Positions 29,483 to 41,900 of a DNA stretch of 57,352 bases are shown in pieces (position 1 is the stretch's first letter; each line of letters starts with the position of its first letter). The notes under the pieces were generated by a model. The model ran no database searches. It was given only the letters and a program-made list of their open reading frames with translations, and was not told where the DNA came from. Location: NCBI GenBank assembly GCA_001770205.1, contig MEQL01000031.1, forward strand, positions 62,001-119,352, written 5' to 3'. The position numbers and the translations under genes were made by a program. This DNA is from Bdellovibrionales bacterium RIFOXYD12_FULL_39_22 (GTDB lineage: Bacteria; Bdellovibrionota; Bacteriovoracia; Bacteriovoracales; Bacteriovoracaceae).

Positions 29483-31645
29483 ATGAGTGATTTTGAAAAT
29501 GATTTTTTAGCAGAACTGCAAATGGGCTTTATTCAAGAGGCCTCCGATTTGCTTTCCTCTTTAGAGGGATCTTTTTTAATTTTAGAAAAAGTGCCAAAAG
29601 ATAAGCAGGAGATTGATAAAATATTACGCATTTTTCACAATCTAAAAGGTTCGGCAGCGGCGGTAGAATTTGCAACGCTTTCAGCTTTTTGCCACAAAGT
29701 GGAGAGTTTTTTAGTTTTAGTAAAAAATGATGAATTTGATCTTAATAACACGGCCATTGATTTTTTGCTTAAGGCCTTAGATAAAGTAAATGGGGCCCTT
29801 GGGTTACTGCAAAATGACTTGAAGGCGCAAATTGATTTTTCAGATATTTCTGAGTGGTTTGTAAAAATAGTTCAAGGCAAGAAACAAGACAATAAAAATG
29901 ATGATAAAAACGATAATAAAAAAGTTGTATCAGACACATATTTGGCCTCTGCTTCCAAAGAGGCAGCACCATTTGTATTAGAGATTGATGCCAGATTGAT
30001 TGGGGATTATGTCGGAGAGTTAAAAGAACACTTGGATGCGGTAGATGCTGCGCTAATGATATTGGAAAAAAACAGTGGAGATAGTGAGCATCTAGATTCA
30101 CTTTTTAGATCATTTCACACCATAAAAAGTGCTTCTGGGATTTTAAATTTTCAAGCAATTTCGGCCTTCGCTCATACACTTGAGAGTTGCTTGGAGCCAG
30201 TTAGAGATAAGCAGCACTCTTTTGATGATCGAATTGCTGGTGTTTGTTTTGAGGCGGTATTGTTACTTCGAAAAATCTGTGAGCGTTTGATTGCCGGTGA
30301 TAGTAAAGCTGAGCAGGTGTATGAAACAGAAATGCGCGCGCTGGCCCAGCGCGCCCAATTATCGATACCACAGGAGAAAGGCAGGCCCTCTGAAGCTATT
30401 GCAGGCCCAGTCGCAGATAACGATAAGAAGCAAGAAAGTAGTAGTAATAGCGGCACTACTATTAGGGAGCCAATTAAGGTCGAGGCAGAGCGTCTTGATA
30501 GATTGGTTGATTCTATTGGGGAGTTAGTTATTTCTGAAACTATGGTATCTCAGTCTGATGATTTAAAAAATATTCCACCAGGATCTGCTATCTACAAACA
30601 TCTTGATCGGTTGAATAAGATTACTAGGAATTTGCAAGAAATCGGCATGGCACTTCGCATGGTCCCAATCAGACAAACGTTTAAAAAGATGGTGCGCATT
30701 GTGCGCGATATTTCTAAAAAGGTAGATAAAGAAGTTGTTTTTGAAACATATGGTGAAGAGACAGAATTAGATCGGACAGTGGCAGAAAAAATTGGTGATC
30801 CGCTGGTGCATATGATTCGCAATGCGGTTGATCATGGATTGGAAGCTACCGCTGATCGTCTGCGGTTAGGTAAAGATAGTAAAGGCCGTGTTAGTCTTGG
30901 GGCATACCACAAGGGCGGCAATATTTGGATTGAAATAAAAGATGATGGGCGAGGGTTAAATCGCGATAAAATTTTGACAAAGGCCTTAGAGAAAAAATTG
31001 ATTGAGGCGGCGGCAGTTAAGCAGATGACGGATGCTGATGTTTATGGACTTATTTTTCTTCCGGGATTTTCTACCGCAGAAAAAGTTACGGATATCTCTG
31101 GCCGAGGGGTCGGAATGGATGTGGTTCATCGAAATATTGTAGAGGAGTTACATGGCGCGGTTGATATTGAAAGTCGTTTAGGTGAGGGGACTACTTTTCG
31201 GATTCGCATTCCGAATACTCTGGCCATTATAGAGGGAATGGTGGTTACGGTTGGAAGTGAGCGCTATGTTATGCCCACCCAATCAATTGTGATGGCCTTG
31301 CGGCCAGAGGCAAAAAATATAGTTCACTCTGCGGGAACTAAACGTGAAATGTTATCTTTGGTCGGAGAAACCTTGGCCTTATTCCGAGTGGCAGAAATTT
31401 TTGATGTGGCCAATGCCATTACTGATCCGACAGAAGGAATTATTTTAGTAATTGAAGACAATCGCCGCAAGATAGGTTTGTTGGTAGATAAAATTTTAAA
31501 GCAACAACAATTTGTCATTAAAGGATTGGGCGAAAATATGAAGAATGTTCCTGGTGTTTCTGGAGGAACTATCATGCCAGATGGCCAGGTAGGATTAATA
31601 TTAGATGCAAGCTTATTATTGCAAGTACTAAGTAGAAGACAATAA
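29483..31645 (+). CDS. cheA: Chemotaxis kinase CheA with two HPt domains
   Basis: FHNLKGSA and FHTIKSAS; IRNAVDHG, DDGRG, GFSTAEKVTDISGRGVGMDVV; CheW-like C-terminus. Confidence 0.96.
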   Translation: MSDFENDFLAELQMGFIQEASDLLSSLEGSFLILEKVPKDKQEIDKILRIFHNLKGSAAAVEFATLSAFCHKVESFLVLVKNDEFDLNNTAIDFLLKALDKVNGALGLLQNDLKAQIDFSDISEWFVKIVQGKKQDNKNDDKNDNKKVVSDTYLASASKEAAPFVLEIDARLIGDYVGELKEHLDAVDAALMILEKNSGDSEHLDSLFRSFHTIKSASGILNFQAISAFAHTLESCLEPVRDKQHSFDDRIAGVCFEAVLLLRKICERLIAGDSKAEQVYETEMRALAQRAQLSIPQEKGRPSEAIAGPVADNDKKQESSSNSGTTIREPIKVEAERLDRLVDSIGELVISETMVSQSDDLKNIPPGSAIYKHLDRLNKITRNLQEIGMALRMVPIRQTFKKMVRIVRDISKKVDKEVVFETYGEETELDRTVAEKIGDPLVHMIRNAVDHGLEATADRLRLGKDSKGRVSLGAYHKGGNIWIEIKDDGRGLNRDKILTKALEKKLIEAAAVKQMTDADVYGLIFLPGFSTAEKVTDISGRGVGMDVVHRNIVEELHGAVDIESRLGEGTTFRIRIPNTLAIIEGMVVTVGSERYVMPTQSIVMALRPEAKNIVHSAGTKREMLSLVGETLALFRVAEIFDVANAITDPTEGIILVIEDNRRKIGLLVDKILKQQQFVIKGLGENMKNVPGVSGGTIMPDGQVGLILDASLLLQVLSRRQ

Positions 31646-31680
31646 ATAGTTTTTTTACTAACAACTAAAGGAGAGTCACC

Positions 31681-32238
31681 GTGAGTACAACTACTAGTCA
31701 AGGAAAAAAGGGGACTGCCCTTGCTCAAGGGGGAAAGTATTTAACTTTTCGCTTAGCGCAGGAGGAGTATGGACTGGAAATTTTGAAGGTACAGGAGATT
31801 ATTGGTATTATGCCAGTAACTCGTGTGCCCAAAATGCCCAGTTTCGTACGCGGAATTGTAAATCTTCGAGGAAAGCTAATTCCTGTTCTCGATATGCGCG
31901 AGAAATTTGGATTACCGCGGCAGGATGATACAGAAAAAACCTGTTTTATCGTTGTGCAAGTAAAGAGTGTTGATCAGACTCTGGTTATTGGAGTAATTGT
32001 CGATAATGTGTCAGAGGTGCTAAATGTGCAAGATTCACAAATCGAGGCCGCACCGTCTATTGGAACACAGATGGATACTGATTTTATTTTAGGCATTGGG
32101 AAAATTGGTGATCGGGTAGTAATTCTTTTAGATATTGATAAAGTGGTTACTCAACTAGAAACAAAAGAGTTATTGGCAGCACACACGGCAGTAAATAACA
32201 GTACCAATAATACAAACGTAGTTAGCAAAGCAAGTTAG
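31681..32238 (+). CDS. cheW: CheW
   Basis: YLTFRL..EEYG..VQEI, GIVNLRG, IVDNVSEV. Confidence 0.96.
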   Translation: MSTTTSQGKKGTALAQGGKYLTFRLAQEEYGLEILKVQEIIGIMPVTRVPKMPSFVRGIVNLRGKLIPVLDMREKFGLPRQDDTEKTCFIVVQVKSVDQTLVIGVIVDNVSEVLNVQDSQIEAAPSIGTQMDTDFILGIGKIGDRVVILLDIDKVVTQLETKELLAAHTAVNNSTNNTNVVSKAS

Positions 32239-32276
32239 TAATTTAGTAATAAAGGAATAATAACAAGGAGAATTTT

Positions 32277-34478
32277 ATGTTTCAGAATATGAAATTGGGA
32301 GTGAAGGTGGCAATATCACTAATCTCAGTGGCCATCCTTTTTTTAGTAACCGGTCTTTATACCACCGATAAAATAAAGTTGTTAGATGACTCGGACACTG
32401 CATTATATGAGCGAAACGTCATTCCGCTAGCACATGCGGGAGCATTAAATACCTATTTGCAGCGCTATGCTGGAAATGTGCGAGATGTTTTGTTGGCCCC
32501 CTCTAAAGAAAAGGGCGTTTGGCTAGAAAGAGTTGTAGCACGTAAGAAAAATGTTGAAGAGACAATAGTGCTTCTTGAAAATGATAAAAATCTGGATGAA
32601 GAGCGAAAAGGTATCGTGGATGGTTTCACTTCTAACTTTAAGGCCTATAGTGATGAGCTTACAAAAATTACAGATTGGTCGATGCGCGGAGATGACAATC
32701 GGGCCTTAGAGGCCTTTTTTGCGGCCAAAACAATCGAGGCGCGCGATAACATGGTGAAAATGGTGGAGCAGTTTGTTAAAATTTCCGAAGAGCGTGCGAA
32801 GAAGCGCTCGGAAGATAATACTGCAATGGCCAATAGTGTTTTAACCAGTGTAATGGTGATGGTGGGAGTTGCTCTGTTTTTTTCTATTTTTATGGCCATA
32901 GTACTTTATCGAAATGTAGATGGAATTATTAGAGGACTTCTCGATGAGGCAAAAATGTTAGTTGAGGCCGCAGTTGGGGGAAAACTTGCTACCCGCGGCA
33001 ATCCTCAAAAAGTTAATTTTGAGGTGCGAGGTATTGTAGATGGAATAAATTCTACGCTAGATGCCGTAATTGGGCCTCTTAATGTTACCGCCGATTATGT
33101 GGATAAAATTTCTAAAGGAAATATTCCCGAGAAGATCACCGATAATTATAATGGAGATTTTAATACCATTAAAAATAATCTCAATCGCTGTATTGAGGCA
33201 GTTAGTTTGCTCGTCGCAGATGCGGTAATGCTCTCTCAAGCGGCCGTGGATGGACGACTAGATACTCGTGCAGATACTTCCAAACATTTTGGAGATTTTA
33301 GAAAAATAGTAGAAGGGGTTAATCTAACCTTGGATGCAGTGTTAGATCCAATCAAAGAGGCAGCTAAAGTATTAGAGGATTTGGCAGCTAAACGCATGAC
33401 CTCACGAGTAAAAGGTGAGTACAAAGGAGATCATGAGAGAATTAAAATTAATTTGAATAATGCGGCAACTGCACTTTTTAATGCCTTAATTCAAGTTTCC
33501 GAATCAGTTGAGCAAGTAACTTCTGCAAGCACGCAAATTGCTTCTGGTAGTCAGAGTTTAGCAGAAGGATCAAATGAGCAGGCCTCAAGCTTAGAAGAAG
33601 TTTCTAGCAGCTTAGAAGAGATGTCTTCTATGGTAAAACAGAATTTGGACAGCGCCAATCAGGCAAATCTTTTGGCCAATGATGCTCAAAAATCGGCCAT
33701 CTCAGGTAACCAATCCATGGTGGAGATGAGTGATGCAATTAATAAAATTAAGGCCTCTGGAGATCAGATGGCCAAGATTATCAAAACTATTGATGAGATT
33801 GCTTTTCAGACAAACTTGTTAGCACTAAATGCGGCGGTAGAAGCAGCTCGCGCCGGTGAGGCCGGAAAAGGTTTCGCCGTTGTTGCTGAAGAAGTGCGCA
33901 ATTTGGCTCAGCGAAGTGCCGAGGCAGCAAAAAACACCGCTTCTTTAATTGAAGAGGCGCAGAAGAATGCGAACAACGGCGTGGCCGTTTCAACACAAGT
34001 TGGAGGTGCTCTAAAGCAGATCGTAGACGGCGCACAAAAAGTTGCCCAGCTTATAACTGAAGTTGCCGCAGCTACCTCCGAACAGGCCAAGGGTATTGAT
34101 CAGGTTAATACCGCGGTAGCAGAAATGAATAAAATTACTCAGCAAAATGCCGCGTTAAGTGAAGAGTCGGCCAGTGCTGCACAGGAGTTAAATGGCCAAT
34201 CGGAAGAATTGGCCACTATGGTAGGAACCTTTGATCTGGGAATAGCAAAAACTAGTAGCAAAAAAGATGTTAAACATAAATTAACACTACACACCAACGC
34301 ATCTCCAGTTAAAACAGTGCATGCCACTACGCCGCATGCTATGCCGCATGCGGTAAATGGTGCGCCGGTTGTTGATCATACTAGTGGTGCAAATGCCGCC
34401 CATGCAACAGGAAAAATGACAAAAAAGAAAGCGGAAGAGGCAATTCCATTAACAGAAGAGGAACTAAGGAAATTTTAG
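32277..34478 (+). CDS. Methyl-accepting chemotaxis protein (4HB sensor, poly-HAMP)
   Basis: Two TMs; repeated HAMP units; [37 protein letters not shown]. Confidence 0.97.
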   Translation: MFQNMKLGVKVAISLISVAILFLVTGLYTTDKIKLLDDSDTALYERNVIPLAHAGALNTYLQRYAGNVRDVLLAPSKEKGVWLERVVARKKNVEETIVLLENDKNLDEERKGIVDGFTSNFKAYSDELTKITDWSMRGDDNRALEAFFAAKTIEARDNMVKMVEQFVKISEERAKKRSEDNTAMANSVLTSVMVMVGVALFFSIFMAIVLYRNVDGIIRGLLDEAKMLVEAAVGGKLATRGNPQKVNFEVRGIVDGINSTLDAVIGPLNVTADYVDKISKGNIPEKITDNYNGDFNTIKNNLNRCIEAVSLLVADAVMLSQAAVDGRLDTRADTSKHFGDFRKIVEGVNLTLDAVLDPIKEAAKVLEDLAAKRMTSRVKGEYKGDHERIKINLNNAATALFNALIQVSESVEQVTSASTQIASGSQSLAEGSNEQASSLEEVSSSLEEMSSMVKQNLDSANQANLLANDAQKSAISGNQSMVEMSDAINKIKASGDQMAKIIKTIDEIAFQTNLLALNAAVEAARAGEAGKGFAVVAEEVRNLAQRSAEAAKNTASLIEEAQKNANNGVAVSTQVGGALKQIVDGAQKVAQLITEVAAATSEQAKGIDQVNTAVAEMNKITQQNAALSEESASAAQELNGQSEELATMVGTFDLGIAKTSSKKDVKHKLTLHTNASPVKTVHATTPHAMPHAVNGAPVVDHTSGANAAHATGKMTKKKAEEAIPLTEEELRKF

Positions 34479-34490
34479 TAAAGTGCGATT

Positions 34491-35300
34491 ATGGAGCAGC
34501 GAGTTTTTCAAGAATTTCAGAAGTTGATTTACGCTAAGAGCGGTATCGTTCTGCGTGAAGGAAAGGAGTCGTTGGTGGCCGCGCGAGTTAGTAGACGCTT
34601 GCGGGAGACAGGAATTGAAAATTATAAACAGTATTTACAATTTCTGGAATCGGATTTGACTGGAGATGAATTAGTTCATTTACTGGATGCCATTTCCACC
34701 AACGTAACTCACTTTTTTAGAGAAGAGGATCACTTTGTTTTCTTGGAAAAAATTTTAGACAATTGGCATGCCGCCGGCCAGAGGAAATTTAGAATCTGGT
34801 CAGCGGCATCTTCTTCGGGCGAAGAGCCGTATACTATCGGGATGGTGTGCTCCAAAGCATTAAATGTGCAATTGGTTGATTTGAAAATCTTGGCCACAGA
34901 TATTTCTACCAAAGTGTTGGGGCGCGCGGTGCAAGGAGTTTATTCAGCAGATGCCGCAAAGACTATTCCGCGAATATTTCAGAACGGCCGCTATTTTAAT
35001 AGTTGTAAAGATGATCCTTCTTGTTTTGAAATTGCCGATAGTGTTAAAAAGTTAGTATCATTTGCGCGATTAAATTTATCCTCTCCTCCTTTTCCTATGC
35101 AGGGGCCTTTCGATATAATTTTTTGTCGCAATGTTATGATCTATTTCGATCATGAGGTCCGGGCCCGTTTGATAAGGGAATTTGAAAAGTTAATAAGGAG
35201 TGGAGGTTTTTTAATAACTGGCCACTCAGAAAGCTTAAATGGCATCAACTCAAATTTTGTGGCAATAAGTCCATCAGTTTATCAAAAGGTAGCTCGATGA
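34491..35300 (+). CDS. cheR: CheR methyltransferase
   Basis: TNVTHFFRE, IWSAASSSGEEPY, DIIFCRNVMIYF, GHSE. Confidence 0.96.
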   Translation: MEQRVFQEFQKLIYAKSGIVLREGKESLVAARVSRRLRETGIENYKQYLQFLESDLTGDELVHLLDAISTNVTHFFREEDHFVFLEKILDNWHAAGQRKFRIWSAASSSGEEPYTIGMVCSKALNVQLVDLKILATDISTKVLGRAVQGVYSADAAKTIPRIFQNGRYFNSCKDDPSCFEIADSVKKLVSFARLNLSSPPFPMQGPFDIIFCRNVMIYFDHEVRARLIREFEKLIRSGGFLITGHSESLNGINSNFVAISPSVYQKVAR

Positions 35301-35791
35301 AATTTGAAGGTCGGCCAACAAGAAGTGTGGGGATTTCTGAAATGATTGTGAGTGATGAACCTAATGATGTCTTAGTGACATACTCTCTGGGATCATGTTT
35401 GGGTATTGTAATGTATGATCCGATTGTTAAAGTCGGAGGGCTGATTCATTGCATGTTGCCAGTATCAAAAGATGTGGCAGACGGCGAAAGTAGGCCTTTT
35501 ATGTTTGTGGCCACGGGTTTGGTGGCGATGTTAGATGAGTTATACAAAAAAGGGGCAGTGAAAAAAAATGTCATTTGCAAAATAGCAGGAGGTGGGTCGC
35601 CTTTAAATGATAACTCTTTTTTTAGAATCGGAGAGCGCAATATAGCTATTGCGCGAAAAATATTGTGGAAGAACAATATTATAATTTCAGGAGAGGATGT
35701 AGGTGGCACATCTGCCCGAACTCTTTTTTTTGATTTGAGTGATGGCACTATCATTGTGCGCCTAGATGGGCAAAATGAGAAAATGCTATGA
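35297..35791 (+). CDS. cheD: CheD deamidase
   Basis: TYSLGSCLG, HCMLP, IGERN, EDVGG. Confidence 0.95.
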   Translation: MKFEGRPTRSVGISEMIVSDEPNDVLVTYSLGSCLGIVMYDPIVKVGGLIHCMLPVSKDVADGESRPFMFVATGLVAMLDELYKKGAVKKNVICKIAGGGSPLNDNSFFRIGERNIAIARKILWKNNIIISGEDVGGTSARTLFFDLSDGTIIVRLDGQNEKML

Positions 35792-35804
35792 GGAGTTTTT
35801 AGAT

Positions 35805-36176
35805 ATGAATGTACTTATAACAGATGATTCAAGTATTGGAAGACAGTATATTCAAAAAACGTTAATGCTTTCCGGTGTCGCTTCGGAAAATATTTTTCAT
35901 GCCAGAAATGGAAAGGAAGCATTAGCTATATTAGATGAAAAAAAAATCAAGATAATTTTCTTGGATATTAATATGCCGGTGATGTCGGGAGAGGCGGTTG
36001 TGGATATTTTACAAGAGCGGGGAATGTTGTCTGAACTTACCGTGGTCATAACTTCATCCTTGGCCAACGAACAAAAAAAAATGGCCTTATCACAGAAAGG
36101 GGTTGGTTTTTTTTTAAAGAAACCATTTCCCCCGGAAGAGCTGAAGGCAATATTTGAAAAGGCCAGTGGGATATAG
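35805..36176 (+). CDS. cheY: CheY-like response regulator
   Basis: VLITDDS, FLDINMP, KPF; RBS AGGAG. Confidence 0.85.
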   Translation: MNVLITDDSSIGRQYIQKTLMLSGVASENIFHARNGKEALAILDEKKIKIIFLDINMPVMSGEAVVDILQERGMLSELTVVITSSLANEQKKMALSQKGVGFFLKKPFPPEELKAIFEKASGI

Positions 36177-36183
36177 GTGGTGT

Positions 36184-37690
<1,507 letters not shown>

Positions 37691-37704
37691 GTTTAGGGGG
37701 ATTT

Positions 37705-38235
37705 ATGGAAAGATTTTTTGATGCCTCGGTTTTGCTGGTAGATGATGAATCATTTATCTTAGATATTTTGCAGGCCACTTTGAAAAAGTCAGTGCGCACA
37801 ATACATATGAGTGAGCGCCCTAAAAAGGCCATTGAGATCGCAAGGAAAAAACAGATAGATTTGGCGGTGTTAGATATGAAGATGCCGGAGATGAGTGGCC
37901 TGCAACTTCTTCCTGAGCTTAGAAAAATTAATCCTGCGATGCGTGCCATTTTTCTTACTGGAAATGCGGACAAAGAACATGTGCAAGAGGCCTTGCGAAT
38001 GGGAGTGGATAATTTTTTAGATAAGCCGTTTGATAACGATCACCTAAAGTTTGTGGTGGCACAGTCGCTGGAAAAGTATGAGTATGATCGCTTGTTAAAA
38101 GATGTTTTAGAATTATTTATTTTGCACTATACTAAATTAGATGTTTCGAAGTTTGCTACAATGCCGTTGGCCGAAAGGGATAAGGCCATTCGCGCGGCCT
38201 TGGGGGTCGCCAAGCTTAAAATTCTAAATAAGTAG
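37705..38235 (+). CDS. Response regulator with short C-terminal extension
   Basis: LLVDDE, LDMKMPEMSG, LTG, KPF. Confidence 0.9.
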   Translation: MERFFDASVLLVDDESFILDILQATLKKSVRTIHMSERPKKAIEIARKKQIDLAVLDMKMPEMSGLQLLPELRKINPAMRAIFLTGNADKEHVQEALRMGVDNFLDKPFDNDHLKFVVAQSLEKYEYDRLLKDVLELFILHYTKLDVSKFATMPLAERDKAIRAALGVAKLKILNK

Positions 38236-38236
38236 T

Positions 38237-38824
38237 ATGAAAATTGATCTCCATGTTCACACAAAAATTTCACGCTGTAGTAATTTACCCTGGGAAGATA
38301 TTCTAAATAATGCCAAGTTGCATGGCCTAGATGGCGTATGTATCACCGATCATCATTCAATGGAAATTAAAAACTATATCTCCGAGGGGATTTTGGAAAA
38401 TGGCCTCTGTGTTATTTTTGGAATGGAGTACTCCACTGATGATGGGGATTTTCTTGTTTTTGGCCCTTATGAAAATCTACCTATGGGCCTTTCAGCGGAG
38501 AAATTATTAAAACATATAAATCAGAGTGGTGGCGTTGCGATTGTAGCACACCCTTTTCGCGCCTCTCGACCGGCCAGTGAACGGGTTGTTGCTTCTGGCC
38601 TTTGCAAAATAGTTGAGGCCATTAATGGTGGTAATCGCGTAGAAGAAAATGATGCCGTAAAAAAATGGAAAGAGCGTTATGATATAAAATTAACTGGAGG
38701 GTCTGATGCTCACGCATTAGTTGAGATGGGACGTGCCGCAACTATTTTTGACGATCCAATTAGTAGTCGCCAGGAGCTAATTTTGGCATTAAAAAATGGC
38801 AACTATCGGCCAGTTAGCTTTTAA
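38237..38824 (+). CDS. PHP-domain metallophosphoesterase
   Basis: DLHVHT, ITDHH, GME, AHPFR, GGSDAH. Confidence 0.92.
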   Translation: MKIDLHVHTKISRCSNLPWEDILNNAKLHGLDGVCITDHHSMEIKNYISEGILENGLCVIFGMEYSTDDGDFLVFGPYENLPMGLSAEKLLKHINQSGGVAIVAHPFRASRPASERVVASGLCKIVEAINGGNRVEENDAVKKWKERYDIKLTGGSDAHALVEMGRAATIFDDPISSRQELILALKNGNYRPVSF

Positions 38825-38937
38825 AAAGTAACACACCAAAAATCTCGGTTACTGCTAAAAATACTAATCTTCATTGTATCTTCACTAGGAAGCTAAAGGA
38901 AGCTAAAGAGTCCAATATTTTAACCGAAAAAGTATTC

Positions 38938-41900
38938 ATGAAGATAAAAAATAAGATAATCATAATTGTATTTCTCCCAATCTTAATTGTTGCCGGATTG
39001 TTGTCGACTTTGCCAGGACATCTTCCACAAATAGCGGTTGTAAAGCGCGATATTGCTAGCGTCAAATATAGTGAGTTTGAGCGACTTGAATATCTTTTAC
39101 AGCTTGATCGTTTTTTATATTATAAATCCAAATTTGTTGAACAATTTTCCGATAAATTATCTAAAGAAATCATTGGTGATATTGAAGCAATTGGCCTGCA
39201 AGATCTTTTAGATTTAGAGATTGATATAGAGTTTTTGGCCAAGGCGCAAAATTACGATGGGATTCTTTTTCAAATTCTGAAAGAGAAGGGGAGTTTGGCC
39301 AAGGAAGAGGAGATAAGTTGGGGATATAATTTTTTAAAAAATAAGTTAAATGATGCTTTCGTTGTAAAGTGGATAGATGAAAAAGAGGGTGATTTTTCAG
39401 TTGGCCCGACAGCTCGTCAGAATTATCTAAACATCGAGGTTCCGGCAATTAGCAAGGATGGGGCAACGATGGATGTCTCGCAATATATCTCTGATCGTAC
39501 GACGCGAGCTGTTTTTTGGGAGTCTTCCGAGGTGGGCCGCCCTATTGAATTTCATTTGGGCAATGAAAGAGTTTTTCGTAAGCATCTCGCGGTGACAGGT
39601 GGAAAAGTTTTGGGAGAGATTAAAACTGTTGCGAGAAATTATAATAAAATTTATCTTGTGCAGTATGCCGATGATGATACGGCCCACTTGGCAATCACTA
39701 GAGTCAATGGACTAGATCGCCTGGAACATCTCCTTTATGAGATAAATTTAGAAAATAACGGCCAGCAGATGGCCAAACAGGTGAGAGTATTTGGCGACTT
39801 GAAAGAGTATTTGACGGTAGAGGAGAAGCGTTTAACAGAGACGCTAAAGCAGTTACCACTGGCGGATCAGGTTTTTATTGGACAAAAACGCTATTTTACC
39901 AATTACTTTATGGCCGCAGAACAATTTTGCGCATTGCAGGAATACTTTAATAAACACCCTAACTCCCTTGCCCAAGTTCCAGAAAAGCAGCGCAAACAAC
40001 TAATAAAATTATTGGCTGCCAATAAAGTTGGCGAAGAAATAGATTTTCTAAAACAGGCCAGTTTTTTATCGGATCTTTTTGACAAGTATGAAAAAGAACT
40101 TTCTTTAATCGCAGGATTAGAACAATTTTCGTTGGAATCAAATGCGTTTGATGTTTCAGATATGTTGATTAAGAGTGAATCTGGTAAAGTATATCGCTGG
40201 CGTTTTGTATCCAACATGTGGGGAGATGAAGTTGTTCCCTTGGCGCGCGCTCTAAAAAATAGTGGACACAAAAATATAAATTACATTGGTACGGCCGGGG
40301 CCTTACCTAATAAAGGCCTAGATGTCGGAGACATCGTCATACCAAAGCATGCCTGCGATGATGTTTCCTGTGTTCCCATTTTAGGCAAACCAGTAACACC
40401 CAAAAACGTAAAATCAGGGCAAGGTGTAATTAAGGTTAGTTCTCCATTTTTAGAGAATTATTCTTGGGTAGAAAAGGCCTCCAGCAAGGCCGATGAAGTA
40501 GAAATTGAAACAAAATACTTGGCAGATATATTTTCAGAAAAAGAGGATAATTTAAAAGTATATCTTTTGGTGAGTGATGTTTTAGGATCCCATCAAACTT
40601 TAGATAATGCCTCTTCTTCTGCACGCAGTAAGGCCATTTCCAATCTTCTAATGGCCATCATGGAAGGAGAAAAAATTGGTTTTCCTGATGTAATTAATCA
40701 GGGGCCATCTTCTAGTGCAGGATTAGAAAAGATGTCAAAAAAAGTTGATCCGCTTTATGCTTATGTTACGGAGCAAAAAGTTGGTAAAAATTCAACGGCC
40801 AAAGGGCCAGTTTTTACCACTGAATTTTTCGAAAATAGAATTAATCTTGCGCAAGAAACACTTTATCGAATTAATCAAAAAATTATACAAGAAGTTGGGT
40901 TTATAAATTTTGCCATTAATAAGGATTTTGTGGATGGTAAATGGAATCCCAAAACTGATAATCTCGAAGTCTATTATCCAACAGAAGATTCTAAAGTTAT
41001 TGCGGCCATTGAAAAAATATTGGCGCAAGAGACGGCATCTTTGCAGAAAGCGGAGAAGACACTTCTTGTTCATGGTGCCAGGGCACCACCCGATGATAGC
41101 TTTTATCACTTTTCTTTCACTAAGACACCGCCTTTGGATTTTTTGTTGGAGATGTTTTCTCGTAATGCTTATCTAAAATCAGGCCTATATCAGGAAACCA
41201 CGGCAACAGGGAAGATTAAATTTAAATTTTTGCCAACGGATAAACATAGCACTTTGTGTAGCGGAGATTTTTGTAGTTTGGCATTTTTTGCGCCGGATGA
41301 GGCAACTAAAAAATTTTTAACAGTGGCAAAAAAAATAACACCGGAGGAGGGCCGTGCTGCTATCAATGGCCTGACGGCAGGAGTTAATCCCAGGCCGCGC
41401 AATAGAAATGTACTGCGAGAAGTTGAAATTGTAAAAAATTTACCAAACGGCAATTTGGCAGAAATAGTGCCAGAAATTGGAGATGGTGGAACGCTAGTGA
41501 TCAAAATGCGCTTTACGGAAGAGGGAATTTGTAATCCGTTGGTAGTATTAGAGGAGTCATATCATTATATCCAAATTTTAGGGCAGGCCTGGGGTAATAA
41601 TTGGCCAGTGATAGATGCGGTAATGTGGGCAGAACTTTCTTGGAATGCTAAAGCGGGAAATGCTGAGGCGCGACTTGCCTTGTTGCAGATCGAGATGGAT
41701 ATGGTGGAATATATCGCGAACAGATTTTTGGCCAGCCCCTTTATTCGAGGGATGGAAGATACCCTTGGTGATTATCTGAAGGCCCGAAAAGTTCATCTGG
41801 AAAAAATGTTGGCAGAGGCCACCTCTATGGTTAAGCAAAAAGAAAAAGAGAAGCGCAAGTTATGGATGGGGCAGCGTACATTTTTTGATGCGTTAGAAAA

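Noticed and set aside
29881..29925. DNKNDDKNDNKK near-tandem repeat in cheA
   Set aside because: Low-complexity interdomain linker
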